64,000 nucleotides of DNA. Source: an uncultured delta proteobacterium. GTDB taxonomy: Bacteria; Desulfobacterota; Syntrophia; Syntrophales; UBA2192. Below are positions 61,159 to 64,000 of this stretch, one piece after another. Within the stretch, counting starts at the first letter, position 1. Each line of letters starts with the position of its first letter. Below the pieces are notes generated by a model. The model was not told where the DNA came from. It did no database searches and saw only the letters and a program-made list of their open reading frames with translations. The stretch lies in contig CAWHEJ010000009.1 in NCBI GenBank assembly GCA_963828305.1, positions 16,984 through 80,983 of the forward strand. The letters run 5' to 3'. Position numbers and translations under genes: made by a program.

Positions 61159-63747
61159 TTATAAGAATCTGAATATCCTCTGCCTCAATGCTTCAATTCG
61201 CCCCTTTTTCTCCGTGAGGGAGTAGAAGGTCCTGGTCTTCGTCTCCTTCTTTTCCTTCCGCTCCATGGCCTTGAGGATCTCCTCGTCGAGGAGCGCCTTC
61301 ATGGCGTTCTGGTAATTGGAAACACTCTGGGCCTCGTTTCGGAGGATCTCGCCTTTCTTGTACATCCGGGTGCCCAGCTTCTGCACCAGCTTGAGGAACT
61401 CCTTGTCGGTGCGCATGTCCTTCTTCAGATAGGACGAGCCTCTCGTGACGACCCAGTAGGATTCGATGTAGTTCTGGATGAGACCGGCATAGGGCCGCAG
61501 ATTCGTCCGCCCTTTCCCTTTCACCTCGATCCAGGCCTCATCCCCTTTCTCCAGTCCGGAGATCATCCCCCGGTCCAAAAGGTATGCCAGGGCCTCGTGG
61601 ACCTCCTCGGCATCGCCCTTGCGGTGGTCGAAGATGAATTCGTGCCGGAAGAGCCGCTTGAAGAACTTGTAATCCTCCATGAGCGTAACGAGCGGGATTG
61701 CATCTTCGCTCTTCGAGAGGATGGAAGCCGCCACGAAGGAAAGCGGCACGAAGAAGTGCAGGATGTTGTTCTTGTAGTACTCGAGGTGAAGGCGCTTCTC
61801 CTCGTCGAGCGAAAAGACGACCTCGGCAAACTCGTCCTCCTCGCCCTCCTCGGCGCCCATCTCGGAGATGATCCCCATGGACTTGAACTGATCGAGGGCG
61901 TCCTGGATGGCGCGCTCGGGGTTGGCAAAGGTAGACGCGATGGACACACCGCGGGCGGCCAGGTAGTGAAACAGCTCGTGGATGATCTCCAGCAGGTCGT
62001 TCCGGGTCAGGCCCCGCTTGTAGTGGCACAGCAGTGCCGCCGCCACGAGGGCAAAGGGCGTCACGACGGAAACGCGGCTGATCTCGCTCACGACCTCGTA
62101 GCTCATTTTCCGGTAGAGGCTGCGGCGCTCGTCCGTATCCATGGACTCAAGCGGTTTCTCCTGAGCCTGCAGGTAGGGGCGCACGTAGATCGGCTCGCCC
62201 ACGTTCACGTAGACGCGCCCGTAGCGTTTGTCGAGAAGCTTGCGGCTCTTGATGACGGAGGTGGCCTTCTCCTTCTCCTTCGCAGCGCCTCCCAGCTCCT
62301 GCAGGTAAGATTTCTCCTCCATGACGCGGTCGTAGCCTATGAAGACGGGAATGATGGCAAGATCCTGGTGCAGGTTCATGTTCGCCTGGATGACCATGGA
62401 GAGCATCCCGTACTTCGGCATGACCATTTTTCCCGTCCTGCTCCGCCCCCCCTCGATGAAAAACTCGAGGGGATACCCGAATCCCAGCAGTGTCTTGATG
62501 TAGGTCTCCATCACCTGCCGGTAAAGGAAGTTGCCGCCAAAAGTCCTGCGAATAAAAAAAGCCCCCGCCTTGCGGAAAATATGGCCCAGCGGCCAGAACA
62601 TGAGATTCGTACCCGCCGCGACAAAGGGCAGCGGGATGTTGTGCTTGTAGAAGACGTAGGACAAAAGCAGGTAATCGATGTGGCTGCGGTGGCACGGAAT
62701 GATGAGACAGGGCATGCGCCGGGAAATTTCGCGGACCCGGGTGAGCCCCTCCCGGTCGACGACGACCCCGTCATAGACATTGTTCCAGAGCCAGCTGAGG
62801 GCCTTCTCCCAGAGCTCGATGTAAAAATCGCTGTATTCGGCGGCGATCTCTTCCAGATACCGCCTCGCCTGCTTCCGGATCGAGGGAAGGTCTTTTTTCG
62901 TCGCCGCGGCGTGTTGTTCCATGAAGCGAACGAGTTCGTCGTCCCGAAGCGCCCTGTCCATGATCTCCTCGCGGGCCTTGACGCGGGGACCCAGGGCCGC
63001 ACGCGTCTCGCGGTCGATCCGTCCGATGAGATCGCCTCTCAGCGCCCCGGCAAGCTCCAACGGGTTGCCGCCGGCCGCCTCTTTGAGCAGGAGGGAAAGG
63101 TCGACCGCCTCCGCTGCGACGACGGAAGTGCGGTTTTTGTAACGGACGAAGGCGATGAGCCGCCTCAGCCAGCCGGGATGTTCCTGGTCGCCGAAGAAGA
63201 TTTCCACCAGGGGGCGTTCCTTTTTCTCCCGGCGCGGACCGTAGGCGACGGCCACGGGGACGATGCTGACGGGAACGTCGAGGGCCCTCTGGGCGCTCAG
63301 GAGCTGTGCGAGAGGGTCCGCCTCATCATCGCGCTCCGAGCCGCGAAGATAGATCACGGAGCTCACACGGAGGCGGGTGAGGCGGTCGAGGTCCCCCGTG
63401 GACCCCGGATCGGCAGGACGGCTTCCCAGCAGGGAGCGGACGAGCTTCGTCGCCTTTCTCCAAAGCGGCGATTTCGTTCCGTGAAAATAAAGGGGTTGGG
63501 GGATGTTTTTCCGCAGGCCGAGTTCGTGAAGGATGAGGCCGTTGAGGCGGCTGCGGTATTTCAGCGCGTAAACGACAACCCCTTTTTCGGAGAGCCCATT
63601 CAGGGCCTGCTCGCACTCGGGGGCCAGTTCCACTTTGGAGAGATATCTCGAGAAAAACCAGTAAAACGGAGGGGTGATTTTCTCCCCGGCGTTCCCGCCG
63701 GGAGGCTCCTCGACGCCGGCAGGCATACTGTGGGGGTCCTGACTCAT
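61159..63747 (-). CDS. plsB: Glycerol-3-phosphate acyltransferase
   Basis: HRSHIDY, GAFFIRR, FFIEGGRSRTGK. Confidence 0.9.
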   Translation of the reverse strand: MSQDPHSMPAGVEEPPGGNAGEKITPPFYWFFSRYLSKVELAPECEQALNGLSEKGVVVYALKYRSRLNGLILHELGLRKNIPQPLYFHGTKSPLWRKATKLVRSLLGSRPADPGSTGDLDRLTRLRVSSVIYLRGSERDDEADPLAQLLSAQRALDVPVSIVPVAVAYGPRREKKERPLVEIFFGDQEHPGWLRRLIAFVRYKNRTSVVAAEAVDLSLLLKEAAGGNPLELAGALRGDLIGRIDRETRAALGPRVKAREEIMDRALRDDELVRFMEQHAAATKKDLPSIRKQARRYLEEIAAEYSDFYIELWEKALSWLWNNVYDGVVVDREGLTRVREISRRMPCLIIPCHRSHIDYLLLSYVFYKHNIPLPFVAAGTNLMFWPLGHIFRKAGAFFIRRTFGGNFLYRQVMETYIKTLLGFGYPLEFFIEGGRSRTGKMVMPKYGMLSMVIQANMNLHQDLAIIPVFIGYDRVMEEKSYLQELGGAAKEKEKATSVIKSRKLLDKRYGRVYVNVGEPIYVRPYLQAQEKPLESMDTDERRSLYRKMSYEVVSEISRVSVVTPFALVAAALLCHYKRGLTRNDLLEIIHELFHYLAARGVSIASTFANPERAIQDALDQFKSMGIISEMGAEEGEEDEFAEVVFSLDEEKRLHLEYYKNNILHFFVPLSFVAASILSKSEDAIPLVTLMEDYKFFKRLFRHEFIFDHRKGDAEEVHEALAYLLDRGMISGLEKGDEAWIEVKGKGRTNLRPYAGLIQNYIESYWVVTRGSSYLKKDMRTDKEFLKLVQKLGTRMYKKGEILRNEAQSVSNYQNAMKALLDEEILKAMERKEKKETKTRTFYSLTEKKGRIEALRQRIFRFL

Positions 63748-63760
63748 GGCGCCTCCGGTG

Positions 63761-64000
63761 TCAATGGGCTACTTCGAAGTCATCCGTAAACTTCCGCCGC
63801 ATGGTCTCCCTGACAAAAAACTCGATCTCGGAGGCCATGTTGAAGGACATGATCTGGTCGACCAGCTTCCTGCACTCCTTCACCGTGACGGCCCGGATGA
63901 CCTTCTTGATCCGGGGGATCACCAGCGCGTTCATGCTCAACTCGTCGAGACCGAGACCGAGCAGGACCATGGTGTAGACGGGCTCGCCCGCCATCTCCCC
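63761..64000 (-). CDS. ptsI: PEP-protein phosphotransferase (enzyme I), 3' end only
   Basis: GEMAGEP...LLGLGLDELSM....IP.IK. Confidence 0.85.
   Translation of the reverse strand, partial: GEMAGEPVYTMVLLGLGLDELSMNALVIPRIKKVIRAVTVKECRKLVDQIMSFNMASEIEFFVRETMRRKFTDDFEVAH

Noticed and set aside
61597-63789. Long antisense ORFs (e.g. 61597-63789, 59800-61056, 14710-16128, 30515-31894)
   Set aside because: Shadow frames of well-supported genes in GC-rich DNA.

Overview
This window looks like a GC-rich anaerobic deltaproteobacterial (Desulfobacterota/Syntrophales-like) chromosome segment; the taxonomy is inferred from gene content. From left to right it contains: panE (5' part), a CheY-like regulator and mscL; an ~18 kb copper/metal cluster (multicopper oxidase with a beta-barrel-like C-terminus, frameshifted CopA, a rhodanese that continues through UGA, two FixH/YtkA-like paralogs, a Met/Gly-rich ferritin-like protein, CLC, MarR, Usp, CusCBA); an Rrf2-cysK-mnmA-MOSC-cysE-nifU-nifS sulfur/Fe-S operon; thiM-thiE-thiL; three beta-oxidation genes; and an ExeA/TAXI pair. 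An AT-richer accessory region (~35.7-56.0 kb) lies at the 3' end of tmRNA, followed by tmRNA, an AtuA pair, smpB, ttcA, eno, plsB and the end of ptsI. Four observations stand out. (1) The accessory region is a tandem array of two, probably three, elements bounded by repeated tmRNA-3' att cores and conserved arms, with no integrase visible. (2) One element carries a Pro/Trp-rich repeat protein (PxxDPxP[WF]P x3 plus a helical C-terminus) directly upstream of a B12-dependent radical SAM enzyme, a candidate undescribed RiPP/protein-modification system. (3) Two paralogous CxxC...KAPP small ORFs resemble metal-sensing arrest peptides. (4) An unannotated selenoprotein has a SECIS-like hairpin. All calls come from reading the sequence; no database searches were run.
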